DNA from: Minisyncoccota bacterium
Lineage (GTDB): Bacteria > Patescibacteriota > Minisyncoccia > Phycocordibacterales > Phycocordibacteraceae
Length of the DNA: 64,000 nt
Direction of reading: 5' to 3'
Assembly: GCA_022842945.1 (NCBI GenBank)
Contig: JALHOO010000001.1
Coordinates: 288,040 to 352,039 of the forward strand
Each line of letters opens with the position of its first letter. The stretch's first letter is position 1. The notes under the pieces are model-generated. The model saw nothing but the letters and a program-made list of their open reading frames with translations, had not been told where the DNA came from and searched no databases. This document shows positions 48,309 through 56,685 of the stretch, piece after piece. The translations under genes were made by a program, and so were the position numbers.

Positions 48309-49538
48309 CTACGCACTCATCCCCGCCACATACCCCGTCGTCCAGCACAGCTGAAGCGAGTATCCTCCCGTTGGTCGCTTGATGTTAAGCAGATCTCCGA
48401 TAACAAAAAGATTGCCACAAACTTTTGAGCGCATGGTCTTGGTGTCAATCTCGGTTAGCGTTACGCCGCCGTCCGCAACAACCGCACGCGAAAGTCCCAT
48501 AAGTCCGGTTATAGTAAGCGGGAGTGCCTTAAGGAGTTCTGCAACACGCCTGCGTTCTTCCTTGGTTATGCTGTGCACACGCTTGTCTCGATCTATGTTC
48601 GGAAGGAGCGTAAGGAGGGCGTCACTAGTTCCCGCAGGCACAATCTGCCTCAGTACGTTCTGGAACTCTTTGTTCTTGTTTTGATCAAACACGCCTGCAA
48701 TATGCTTGTCGAGAATACCAAGATCCATAACAGGATACGCATCAATCGCCGCTGTTACCTCTCCTTCCTGCATGAGGTCGCTAATCTTTCCTGCTGCGTT
48801 AAGGATAAGGGGACCCGAGATACCAAAGTGCGTCATAAGCACATTGCCCTTGAGGACGAACTTCTTTGTGCCGTTCACATATACCGTCATCTTCATGTCA
48901 GGAATGGTGATGCCCGCAAGAGACTTTGCCCAGGTCTCACGCACCTTAACCGGCACAATAGTTGGGGTTGGATCGGTAACGGTGTGGCCGAGATCGGAAA
49001 GCCAACGGAACCCGTCTCCTGTTGAACCAGTCTCTGGGTGTGACACGCCGCCAGTCGCGAATATGTAGGAGGTAGCGGTGTACTCCTTTCCTCCCATGAG
49101 CACGCTCTTAATAGAACCGTTGCTTGCGTATACGCGCGCAACAGGAAGGCCCACCTTTATATCAACACCCTGCTCCTTTACGTAGGCAAACATAGCTGCC
49201 GTTACGTCCTCTGCGTTTTGTGACTCAGGGAATGCACGCTTCTTTGCTTCAACAACGATAGGTACCTCGATACTGTCAAAGAACTCGTAGGTTTCTTTAA
49301 GACCAAACTGCGAGAATGGAGAGTGCAGGAAGTTCGCACTGTCCCCAAAGTGCGAAAGCAAAAGACGCTCGTCCTCCTCTGCGTTCAGAATGTTACACCT
49401 GCCTCCACCTGTTATAGAAAGTTTCTCGCCAAGGCGCTTGTTCTTCTCAATAAGAAGAACCTTCTTCCCCTGGGAACCAGCGATACCGGCTGCCATCATG
49501 CCTGCAGCTCCTCCTCCAACAACAATTACATCGTACAT
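48309..49538 (-). CDS. HI0933-like / aminoacetone-oxidase-family FAD-binding oxidoreductase
   Basis: 'YDVIVVGGGAAGMMAAG' Rossmann fold and the family-specific 'ITGGGRCN'. Confidence 0.85.
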   Translation of the reverse strand: MYDVIVVGGGAAGMMAAGIAGSQGKKVLLIEKNKRLGEKLSITGGGRCNILNAEEDERLLLSHFGDSANFLHSPFSQFGLKETYEFFDSIEVPIVVEAKKRAFPESQNAEDVTAAMFAYVKEQGVDIKVGLPVARVYASNGSIKSVLMGGKEYTATSYIFATGGVSHPETGSTGDGFRWLSDLGHTVTDPTPTIVPVKVRETWAKSLAGITIPDMKMTVYVNGTKKFVLKGNVLMTHFGISGPLILNAAGKISDLMQEGEVTAAIDAYPVMDLGILDKHIAGVFDQNKNKEFQNVLRQIVPAGTSDALLTLLPNIDRDKRVHSITKEERRRVAELLKALPLTITGLMGLSRAVVADGGVTLTEIDTKTMRSKVCGNLFVIGDLLNIKRPTGGYSLQLCWTTGYVAGMSA

Positions 49539-49548
49539 ATCAGTTAGA

Positions 49549-49926
49549 TTAGGCATCAGACCACACGGCGAGCTCGTTGCCAGCAGGATCAGTAAAATGG
49601 AATCGCTTTCCTCCCGGGAAATCGAATATCGGGTTAACAATAGCGCCTCCCGCTTCTTCTACATCCTTAAGGGTCTGTGAGAGGTCGTTTGAGTAGAGGA
49701 TAACCAGAGCACCTTCTTTGCCACGATTGGTTCCTTTCTCGAATCCGCCGTCGAGAGTACCGTCCGTAAAGGCAGTGTAGGTTGGGCCGTAGTCGGTGAA
49801 CTGCCAGCCAAACACCTTCATATAGAAGGCTTTAACGGCCTCCAGATCCTCCGCAGGGAATTCGATGTAATTAATGGCGTGATGCCTGTTCATGTAGCTA
49901 CAGTACCTTGACTGCAGAGTCTGCAC
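49549..49926 (-). CDS. VOC (glyoxalase/bleomycin-resistance) family protein
   Basis: 'INYIEFPAEDLEAVKAFYMKVFGWQF...' is the VOC beta-alpha-beta-beta-beta module. Alternative start at 49893. Confidence 0.7.
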   Translation of the reverse strand: MQTLQSRYCSYMNRHHAINYIEFPAEDLEAVKAFYMKVFGWQFTDYGPTYTAFTDGTLDGGFEKGTNRGKEGALVILYSNDLSQTLKDVEEAGGAIVNPIFDFPGGKRFHFTDPAGNELAVWSDA

Positions 49927-49950
49927 AAAGCAGGACTGCAGATTCTCGGT

Positions 49951-49988
49951 TATTTACTGCTGGCAGTCTGGGACGATGTTGGAACCGC
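49951..49988 (+). repeat. Conserved intergenic element, copy D (tatttactgctggcagtctgggacgatgttggaaccgc)
   Basis: Longest, reference copy, between the VOC gene start and the stop of the AT-rich ORF 49994..50347. Confidence 0.85.
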
Positions 49989-49993
49989 CTTCT

Positions 49994-50347
49994 TCAGGTT
50001 TCAATACAAGTCTGTCTAAATTCTGTTGCCTTCCCCTCAGTATCTAAGGACACTCTAAGGGTGCATTGATATGAGAAGTTCTTTCCCTCTGAGTCAACAT
50101 ACTCTAGATCAATCCTGCATGTCCCGTTTTCATCATTTCCTAGGAATGATGAGTTCTGGAGCTTGAGAATCTTCTGTTCTTCTATTTCTTTCCATACTTT
50201 CCGTATCTCATCCCATGTTGTCATGGGATGAGATCCTTCCTCTTCGTAATAGGCTATGTCGTCTGCTAAGAGATCCTGTATAGATTCAATATCTTTGCGT
50301 ATCCATGCCCCCTTTAGTTTTTCAAACCACTCAAAGGATTTGTTCAT
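49994..50347 (-). CDS. Hypothetical protein (117 aa; NTF2/SnoaL-like fold suspected) in a small AT-rich island abutting tRNA-Gln
   Basis: AT-rich codon usage. Lies between the conserved repeat element and the tRNA gene. Confidence 0.45.
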   Translation of the reverse strand: MNKSFEWFEKLKGAWIRKDIESIQDLLADDIAYYEEEGSHPMTTWDEIRKVWKEIEEQKILKLQNSSFLGNDENGTCRIDLEYVDSEGKNFSYQCTLRVSLDTEGKATEFRQTCIET

Positions 50348-50356
50348 TGTCTCTAG

Positions 50357-50427
50357 TATATCAATGCTGGGAGACTAGGGATCGAACCTAGATTGAGGGC
50401 TTCAAAGGCCCCTGTCCTACCATTAGA
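50357..50427 (-). tRNA. tRNA-Gln (anticodon TTG)
   Basis: TGGGAGA/TC/GTCT-AATGGTA-GGAC/A/GGGGC-CTTTGAA-GCCCT/CAAT/CTAGG-TTCGATC-CCTAG/TCTCCCA/G. U1:A72 and G73 are typical Gln features. Confidence 0.85.
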
Positions 50428-50458
50428 CGATCTCCCAGTGCGAACGCCTTAATCCTGC

Positions 50459-50863
50459 ATGCAAACCTGTTTTGTCGCAAGGGACTTTATCAAAACTTTA
50501 ACTCTCTATGACTATGCTTTCTCTCTATCCCTTATAGAGACACATATGCCCGCCTCCAAAGACCCAGGTTCCTACATTATTCGTTCTAGCTTGTGGTACT
50601 TGAACGACACTCCTGAACGCATTGAGTACCATATAAAGAATGACGATTACCTCCCTCTCCTTGCCACTATGATGGGATTCATGGAAGAGGCACTACGCTT
50701 AAACGACACCGACGCCGTTAATGCTCGAAAGAGCGAGTTGGCCCTCGCCTTAGCAAAGGAACTTAGAGAAGACCTGCGCTTTGTTAGTGCGCACTATACC
50801 CTTGTGCCGAGAAACCCGGAAGACATCCGGGAGATTCGTTCAGGAAATGTGCTTGGTTCTTAA
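50459..50863 (+). CDS. Hypothetical protein (134 aa; alternative start at MPASKDPG)
   Basis: ORF only. Confidence 0.35.
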   Translation: MQTCFVARDFIKTLTLYDYAFSLSLIETHMPASKDPGSYIIRSSLWYLNDTPERIEYHIKNDDYLPLLATMMGFMEEALRLNDTDAVNARKSELALALAKELREDLRFVSAHYTLVPRNPEDIREIRSGNVLGS

Positions 50864-51771
50864 AACGCACAGACTTCTTTGAGTGCCGCGAGGTCCTCTT
50901 CAGAAAGAGTAAGCGTCTCTCCAATACTGTACGAATACATGATGGAGTCCGGATTCTCCACGTGCCCAATACCCAGCGCATGTCCGAGCTCATGCACCAG
51001 AACACGGGTAAGCTCGGCCTTGTCCTCAAACGTAAATATCGTTATGCGTCCTCCAGTATCAGTAGATACATAGTTTCCTTGATGGAAATCATGTCCGAGC
51101 GTTTCGTTGAACGTCTCTGCATCAGCATTCAACCGGCGCACCAGCATGTTTAAGGTATCTACCTGTGCATTTATATCCCGCCCTACACTTTGTATAAGCG
51201 TAGCCTGTCTGTTTAGATCTGCCTGACGCTCCTCAAGCGCCGCCTTACGCACCGCAAGACGCGCATACACTCCGGGAGGCGCTCCCCCGCGTTCGTTCCA
51301 CTCCACAACCTCCTGTTCGTATGATTCTGCTTCAACAGTAAAGGTGGCGAGACTCGTCTCGTACTCAGCCTGCAGGGCGCTGTAGCGCTGTCGCATGAGT
51401 TCTATAGCGTCTCGCAGTGCCTCGTAGTCTTCTTGCTCTGCACTAATAGCACCTCCAAGCTCCAGTGCCTGCTGTCGCTCGTCGTATGTGAGATTAATAG
51501 TAACGGTGGGGGCGGTTGAAGACGCAAAGAGCGTACGCCCTGACGTTTCGTTCCAGACCTGTGCGGCGGCTTCAATGGCCTCATTAAACTCGTCGCGCGT
51601 AATACCAAATCTTAGGTCATACACTCCTATACCGTACAGAAGCGGTGCACTACACGCACCCTGGAATCTATCTAGTACCGGCAGGTCTGTATGCGCAGTG
51701 AACGCATAGGCCCCGGCGCCGACAATCGCTATGGCGAGTATCGGACCCAGATACCGGAGCGCTCGCTTCAT
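50860..51771 (-). CDS. Matrixin-like (M10/metzincin) zinc metalloprotease with N-terminal TM anchor and central coiled coil
   Basis: C-terminal 'LVHELGHALGIGHVENPDSIMY' is HExxHxxGxxH plus a Met-turn. Confidence 0.8.
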   Translation of the reverse strand: MKRALRYLGPILAIAIVGAGAYAFTAHTDLPVLDRFQGACSAPLLYGIGVYDLRFGITRDEFNEAIEAAAQVWNETSGRTLFASSTAPTVTINLTYDERQQALELGGAISAEQEDYEALRDAIELMRQRYSALQAEYETSLATFTVEAESYEQEVVEWNERGGAPPGVYARLAVRKAALEERQADLNRQATLIQSVGRDINAQVDTLNMLVRRLNADAETFNETLGHDFHQGNYVSTDTGGRITIFTFEDKAELTRVLVHELGHALGIGHVENPDSIMYSYSIGETLTLSEEDLAALKEVCAF

Positions 51772-51777
51772 ACGAAA

Positions 51778-52806
51778 TCAACGAGAAAGTTCTAACACGG
51801 CAAGCTCAAGCGGAAGCTGTGGTACAGGTGCAAAACGCATTCTTCCGGACGCATCAAGGAACACTTTGAGAGTCTCATGCGTAAGCTTGGAACCTTCTGC
51901 CTGTGCAAGTGCCAGAGCTTCTGCATGTGCGTCCTCTCCAAGTTCCTCCTCAATACTCTTCCGGAGTTCAGGTGCGTGTCGCAGCAGAAGTATCTGTCGC
52001 ACGTACTCGAGTACAAGCGAAAGGTATAGCACCATATCTATACCCTGGTCGCTCACGGCGCGTATAGTATTTAGTGCTTTTCCAGAGTCTCCCTCTGAAA
52101 GCGCAGACGCAAGCGTATGCACGAGCGCATGCTTAGGCGCACCGGTAGCCTTCTCAACGTCTGCACGTGTGAGCTTCTTATCAACAGAGGATGCAAGAGC
52201 GCTTTGGAGCACCGAGAGCACATCGCGGTACGAGCCGTCCCCAAGCATGCCGATAAGGTCAGCTGCAGCAGGCTCTATAGCGTATCCTTCCTTCTTCCCT
52301 ACCGTCTTCACGAGCTCAGCAAGTCCTGCACGGGTTGGCTTTCTAAACTGGAACACCTGACACCGAGAGCGCACCGTATCGGGCACCTTATCAAGCTCCG
52401 TTGTAGCGAGGACAAGCACCACGTGTGCCGGAGGCTCTTCCAGAGTCTTCAGGAACGCATTCCACGCACTCTTTGAGAGCATGTGTGCCTCGTCTAGTAT
52501 GTAGACCTTTCGCGCAGAGTTGTACGGCAGGGTGTGCACACTTTCGTTGAGTGTACGCACATCCTCCACGCTGTTGTTCGATGCCGCATCAAGCTCATAA
52601 ATGTCGCGCTCGTCGGTATCAAGGGCACGCGCAAATATGCGTGCAATAGAGGTCTTTCCAAGCCCGCGGGACCCTGCAAACAAATAGGCATGTCCAACCT
52701 TCCCTTCCGCAATCTGAGACTCAAGAGGACCAACAATGTGATCCTGTCCAACAACATCCTTAAACGAATGCGGTCGGTACGCGCGATAGAGGGACTGCTG
52801 TGCCAT
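51778..52806 (-). CDS. dnaX: DNA polymerase III gamma/tau subunit, short (AAA+ module plus lid; 342 aa)
   Basis: 'YRPHSFKDVVGQDHIV...HAYLFAGSRGLGKTSIARIFARAL...ILDEAHMLS...' gives Walker A/B and sensor motifs. Confidence 0.8.
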   Translation of the reverse strand: MAQQSLYRAYRPHSFKDVVGQDHIVGPLESQIAEGKVGHAYLFAGSRGLGKTSIARIFARALDTDERDIYELDAASNNSVEDVRTLNESVHTLPYNSARKVYILDEAHMLSKSAWNAFLKTLEEPPAHVVLVLATTELDKVPDTVRSRCQVFQFRKPTRAGLAELVKTVGKKEGYAIEPAAADLIGMLGDGSYRDVLSVLQSALASSVDKKLTRADVEKATGAPKHALVHTLASALSEGDSGKALNTIRAVSDQGIDMVLYLSLVLEYVRQILLLRHAPELRKSIEEELGEDAHAEALALAQAEGSKLTHETLKVFLDASGRMRFAPVPQLPLELAVLELSR

Positions 52807-52838
52807 ATGCCGCTTAGTATACCAGCCCTTTTGTGTGG

Positions 52839-53810
52839 CTAGGAGAGGCGGTATTCGGTGAGGACTGCATCCATTTCGTCTGCAGTGGTAGTGTCCATAA
52901 GCTTTGACCGAAGCTCAGCAGCTCCGTCAAACCCTATAGCAAATGCCTTCACGTGCTTTCGTACCAAATGGAAGGACTTCGCTGGCTGCATAGCTTCAAA
53001 TGCATGTGCGAACTCAGAGAGCGCACTGAGTCTCTCTTCAGGAGAGGTGTCCTCAATAGAGCGGCCTGCAAAGACCCACGGATTTCCAAATATTCCGCGT
53101 CCAATCATAGCGCCGTCGCAGCCGCTCTCAACAATCTTTTGTTCTGCGTCAGTAAGATCAAGCACGTCGCCGTTTCCAATGATGCGTGTCTCTGGAGAAA
53201 TCGTGTCCCGAAGTGCCACCACTCGTGGCATAAGCTCCCAGTGCGCAGGTACCTTGGACATTTCTTTGCGAGTGCGCAGATGCACCGTGAGGGCAGGCAG
53301 CTTCTCTTCAAGAAGTAGAGGCAACCACTCGTCGATACTTTCCTGGTTGTATCCAATACGCGTCTTAACGGATACCGGAAGTCCTGAGGTTCTTGCCGCT
53401 GCGATTATCTCCTTCGCTTTGGCAGGGTTCTTAATCATAGCCGCGCCACACCCTTGCTTCTCAATAGACTTGTCGGGGCACCCCATGTTTATGTCCACAC
53501 CGTCAAAGCCAAGCTCGGCACACAGCTTCGCGGCATACGCCATGGTCTCCGGATTGCTTGAGAAGAGCTGCGCTACGATGGGGCGCTCTGCGTCTGTGAA
53601 CGTGAGGTCTCGCATAAGTGGGTTCTCAGCGTCTGGTATCCCCTTCTTCTCGCGGGTGTAGTACAGGCCGTCAGCAGAGACGAACTCTGTCCAGGTAACG
53701 TGCGGCTTTCCTTTTGCAGCAATAAGCGCGCGATAGGCAGGGTCAGTCACGTCCGCCATAGGCGCGAGAACGAAAAAAGGCCTCGGAAGGCTTTTCCAGA
53801 ACGATTCCAT
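52839..53810 (-). CDS. dus: tRNA-dihydrouridine synthase
   Basis: 'FVLAPMADVTDPAYRAL' and the TIM-barrel Dus catalytic Cys region 'VDINMGCP'. Confidence 0.9.
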   Translation of the reverse strand: MESFWKSLPRPFFVLAPMADVTDPAYRALIAAKGKPHVTWTEFVSADGLYYTREKKGIPDAENPLMRDLTFTDAERPIVAQLFSSNPETMAYAAKLCAELGFDGVDINMGCPDKSIEKQGCGAAMIKNPAKAKEIIAAARTSGLPVSVKTRIGYNQESIDEWLPLLLEEKLPALTVHLRTRKEMSKVPAHWELMPRVVALRDTISPETRIIGNGDVLDLTDAEQKIVESGCDGAMIGRGIFGNPWVFAGRSIEDTSPEERLSALSEFAHAFEAMQPAKSFHLVRKHVKAFAIGFDGAAELRSKLMDTTTADEMDAVLTEYRLS

Positions 53811-53907
53811 TGCGAGTATCCTACCGTTTCAGCCTGCATTCGACAATGAGTAGCGTGTGCCGTAAAGTGGCGGCAGACCCATTCGCGTCATAGAAAGGAG
53901 GCGGATA

Positions 53908-54342
53908 ATGTTCACGAACTGGGCGTCGTACGCCTTCATTCAACTGACTGAAAGAGACGGTCTTGAGCCAGAAATTCTCTGCATTAGACCTGTATTGAAA
54001 GGGACCGCCGACCTTCAATTACCCGGAGACTTCAAGGCATGGAGAGATACCGATAGCTTGGTAACTCTTATGCGCGCAATCCCGGAGCAGACAGGGTTAG
54101 CTGTTAAGGGGCATCAGGTTCGCAGAATGCGCTTCTCAGGCAAGGGCTGGCTTGGCAAGAGTGACTTCCGTCTACGCTTCTACTCCATCCTCCTGACTAC
54201 GGAACAGTTCCTTGATCGTACCGACGTTCATGACGGTACTGAACTTGTATTCACTCCTATATCTCAGGCAATAGAGATGAAGGAACTAATAAAACCACAC
54301 GGAGACCTCATACGTCTTGCGTGGCAGACCAAGAAAACCTAA
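53908..54342 (+). CDS. Hypothetical protein (144 aa), possibly a degenerate Nudix-fold protein
   Basis: AGGAGG RBS. A weak, degenerate Nudix-box-like segment 'GDFKAWRDTDSLVTLMRAIPEQTGL' lacks the catalytic Glu pair. Confidence 0.4.
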   Translation: MFTNWASYAFIQLTERDGLEPEILCIRPVLKGTADLQLPGDFKAWRDTDSLVTLMRAIPEQTGLAVKGHQVRRMRFSGKGWLGKSDFRLRFYSILLTTEQFLDRTDVHDGTELVFTPISQAIEMKELIKPHGDLIRLAWQTKKT

Positions 54343-54378
54343 CCGGTGCAGAGACTTTCTCTGCACCGGTTTTTTATT
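54343..54378 (+). terminator. Rho-independent terminator
   Basis: 'ccggtgcagag-acttt-ctctgcaccgg' followed by a T-run. Confidence 0.8.
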
Positions 54379-55393
54379 CTTCCTCCGCAGGTTCCCCTGC
54401 GCGTTTGAAATAGGCCTTCCCTGAGAACCGCAGATCCACATACTGGATGGAACCATCGTTAAGAGACAATTGCGGGAACACACTTGCCGCAATACCCGCA
54501 GCCTCCTCCTCGCGCCCAAGCACATACGTGATGCGGGTGCCGGCACTCGTGCGCGCATCCGCTTCGTCATCTCTAAGAGAGAACGACACTACGTCAGCAC
54601 CGAGTGTCTGCAAGGCCTTCACAAACCTCAGTGCCTCAGGAATATGCGACGCGTACCCAAGACGCGCTCGTATAGGAGACTCTCCCTCCTGTCCCTCAAG
54701 GGGACCATACACACGAAGAGCTTCTGTTGTTGAGGACACCTCAGGAGCTATCTGCGCAAAGATGAGCCCTTCTGCGTTCGCGCTGTAGCAGGAACCATCT
54801 GAAGTGTCGATTGCATAGCCACACCATACAAACGCCTCAGCACGCGGCAGAGTCCTTAGATGCAGTGTGTTGAGTCCGTTTGGCGCAATAGATACCGCTT
54901 CAATATCGGGATGCGCATCAAGAACGCGCGCACGGATATCGCTCTCGGGGATAAAGAACAACGAATTGCGCGGCAGGATGAATGCATGAGTGCCGTAGAG
55001 CGTGGTTTGTCCGAGAATAGCTGCAGACTCGGCATGCGGCCCACTTGCCGTTACCTCGTTCACACGAAAGGCCGGCATCCATGCCATGTACATAAGTGCA
55101 GCGAGGAGGATCGCTACAGCTACACCAATAACAACAAACAACGCTTTCTGGCTTTTCTTGCGACGCTTCTTGAGCGGCTCTTTGGACTCAGGTCGAGTCT
55201 TCTTCCCGCGAGAGATAGTTACATTACGCGTTGAAACCGGAACCGATGGCTTAGCGGGAGCTGCCTGCACACGTGGCTTTGCATGCATATCGCGCATAGT
55301 GCGCGGTGTAGCAGAACGCGCCGCACTCGGTGCGGCGGCGTGCGTGCGAGGTCTTGCGCTAGGCGCTATGTCCCAGGATTTCTTTGCCGACAT
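54374..55393 (-). CDS. ftsQ: FtsQ/DivIB-like cell division protein (basic N-tail, TM, POTRA-like periplasmic part)
   Basis: N-terminal Lys/Arg-rich region then TM 'LFVVIGVAVAILLAALMYMAWM' and a periplasmic domain. Overlaps the serS stop. Confidence 0.5.
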   Translation of the reverse strand: MSAKKSWDIAPSARPRTHAAAPSAARSATPRTMRDMHAKPRVQAAPAKPSVPVSTRNVTISRGKKTRPESKEPLKKRRKKSQKALFVVIGVAVAILLAALMYMAWMPAFRVNEVTASGPHAESAAILGQTTLYGTHAFILPRNSLFFIPESDIRARVLDAHPDIEAVSIAPNGLNTLHLRTLPRAEAFVWCGYAIDTSDGSCYSANAEGLIFAQIAPEVSSTTEALRVYGPLEGQEGESPIRARLGYASHIPEALRFVKALQTLGADVVSFSLRDDEADARTSAGTRITYVLGREEEAAGIAASVFPQLSLNDGSIQYVDLRFSGKAYFKRAGEPAEEE

Positions 55394-56639
55394 ACGGTAC
55401 TAACGCCTTAGGGACACGAATGGTGCCGTCTTCGTTCTGATAGTTTTCTACGAGCACCGCAAGGAAGCGAGGTGTTGCAAGCGCCGTGTTGTTCAACGAG
55501 TGCGCGAACTTCAAGGTGCCGTCCTCGTCGCGATAGCGGATGTTCAAGCGACGCGTCTGGAAATCATGGAAATACGAAGAGGAGTGTGTCTCACGATACT
55601 TCCCTTCACCCGGCATCCAGCACTCAATGTCGTACTTCTTTACCTGGCCGAGGCCGAGGTCTCCGCCACAGTTCACCACCACATGGTATGGAATCTCAAG
55701 AATCTTGAGTGCATCTTCTGCATTCTGGGTGAGCTCCTCATGCAGACGCACCGACTCTTCGTGCGACGCCTCACAGAGCACTACCTGCTCAAATTTGTAG
55801 AACTCATGTACACGCACCAATCCTTTGGTGTCCTTGCCGTGCGCACCAATCTCACGCCTGAAGCAAGGAGAGTACGAGAAGTACTTAAGAGGAAGACTGC
55901 TCTTCTCGAGTGTCTCGTCGAGGTGGTATGCCATGGTGGCAACTTCAGCGGTGCCCGAGAGATACTCGCCGTCCTGAGTCTTATACAGATCCTCTTCGCT
56001 CTGCGGAAGATATCCAGTACCCATGAACCCTTCGCGTCGCACCAAAGACGGCACAATCATGGGTGTGAAGCCTCCCTTCTGCATGAAGTGGTCTGTAAGG
56101 AAACGCCAGAGCGCAAAGGATAGGAGCGCACCGTCTCCCTTTAGGAAGTACCCGCGGAATCCGGCAACTTTGGTACCACGCTCAAAGTCTGCCATGCCCG
56201 CTTTCGTCATGAGCTCTACATGGTCTTTAGCCGGGAACGAAAACTCTGGCTTCTCTCCCCAGACACGAATCTCTGCATTGTCCGCGTCAGACGCACCCTC
56301 AGGCACCGTCATATCTGGAAGGTTCGGCACCATGAGCATAAGGAGCTGCCACTCCTCCATAACCTTCTTGTAGCGCTCATCAAGTTCCGCCATACCCTCC
56401 TTCACAAAGCGCATCGCTTCAAGAAGCTTCTCCTTTTCGTCTCCGCTTGAGAGCGCGATGGTGCGACTCGCATGATTCTGTTCCGCACGCTTCGCATCGA
56501 GTTGCTGACGTAGCGACTTACGCTCGTCATCAATCTGAACAAGACGATCAATGTCTATTTCTATGTGCTTCTTGGCCGCACCCATCTTAATGAGGTCGGC
56601 ATTCTCCCGGATGAAGTGGATATCGAGCATTCCTAGCAC
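55359..56639 (-). CDS. serS: Seryl-tRNA synthetase
   Basis: N-terminal coiled coil 'MLDIHFIRENADLI...'. Class-II motifs in 'FRREIGAHGKDTKGLVRVHEFYKFE' and 'YDIECWMPGEGKYRETHSSSYFHDFQTRRLNIRY'. Confidence 0.95.
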   Translation of the reverse strand: MLGMLDIHFIRENADLIKMGAAKKHIEIDIDRLVQIDDERKSLRQQLDAKRAEQNHASRTIALSSGDEKEKLLEAMRFVKEGMAELDERYKKVMEEWQLLMLMVPNLPDMTVPEGASDADNAEIRVWGEKPEFSFPAKDHVELMTKAGMADFERGTKVAGFRGYFLKGDGALLSFALWRFLTDHFMQKGGFTPMIVPSLVRREGFMGTGYLPQSEEDLYKTQDGEYLSGTAEVATMAYHLDETLEKSSLPLKYFSYSPCFRREIGAHGKDTKGLVRVHEFYKFEQVVLCEASHEESVRLHEELTQNAEDALKILEIPYHVVVNCGGDLGLGQVKKYDIECWMPGEGKYRETHSSSYFHDFQTRRLNIRYRDEDGTLKFAHSLNNTALATPRFLAVLVENYQNEDGTIRVPKALVPYVGKEILGHSA

Positions 56640-56685
56640 TATACGGTAGGTTGGCGTATGGGAAAAGTAGGTATTTTATCTTTTC

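Noticed and set aside
17310-49988. Interpreting the conserved element as an ECF (GGAAC-N16-17-CGT), sigma54 (TGGCAC-N5-TTGC) or sigma70 promoter, or as a direct repeat of a tRNA 3' end (att core).
   Set aside because: GGAAC is present, but no conserved -10 follows at the right spacing on either strand. No GG/GC -24/-12 pair. Comparison with the 3' halves of tRNA-Gln and tRNA-Ala shows only T-loop-level resemblance. The function is left open.
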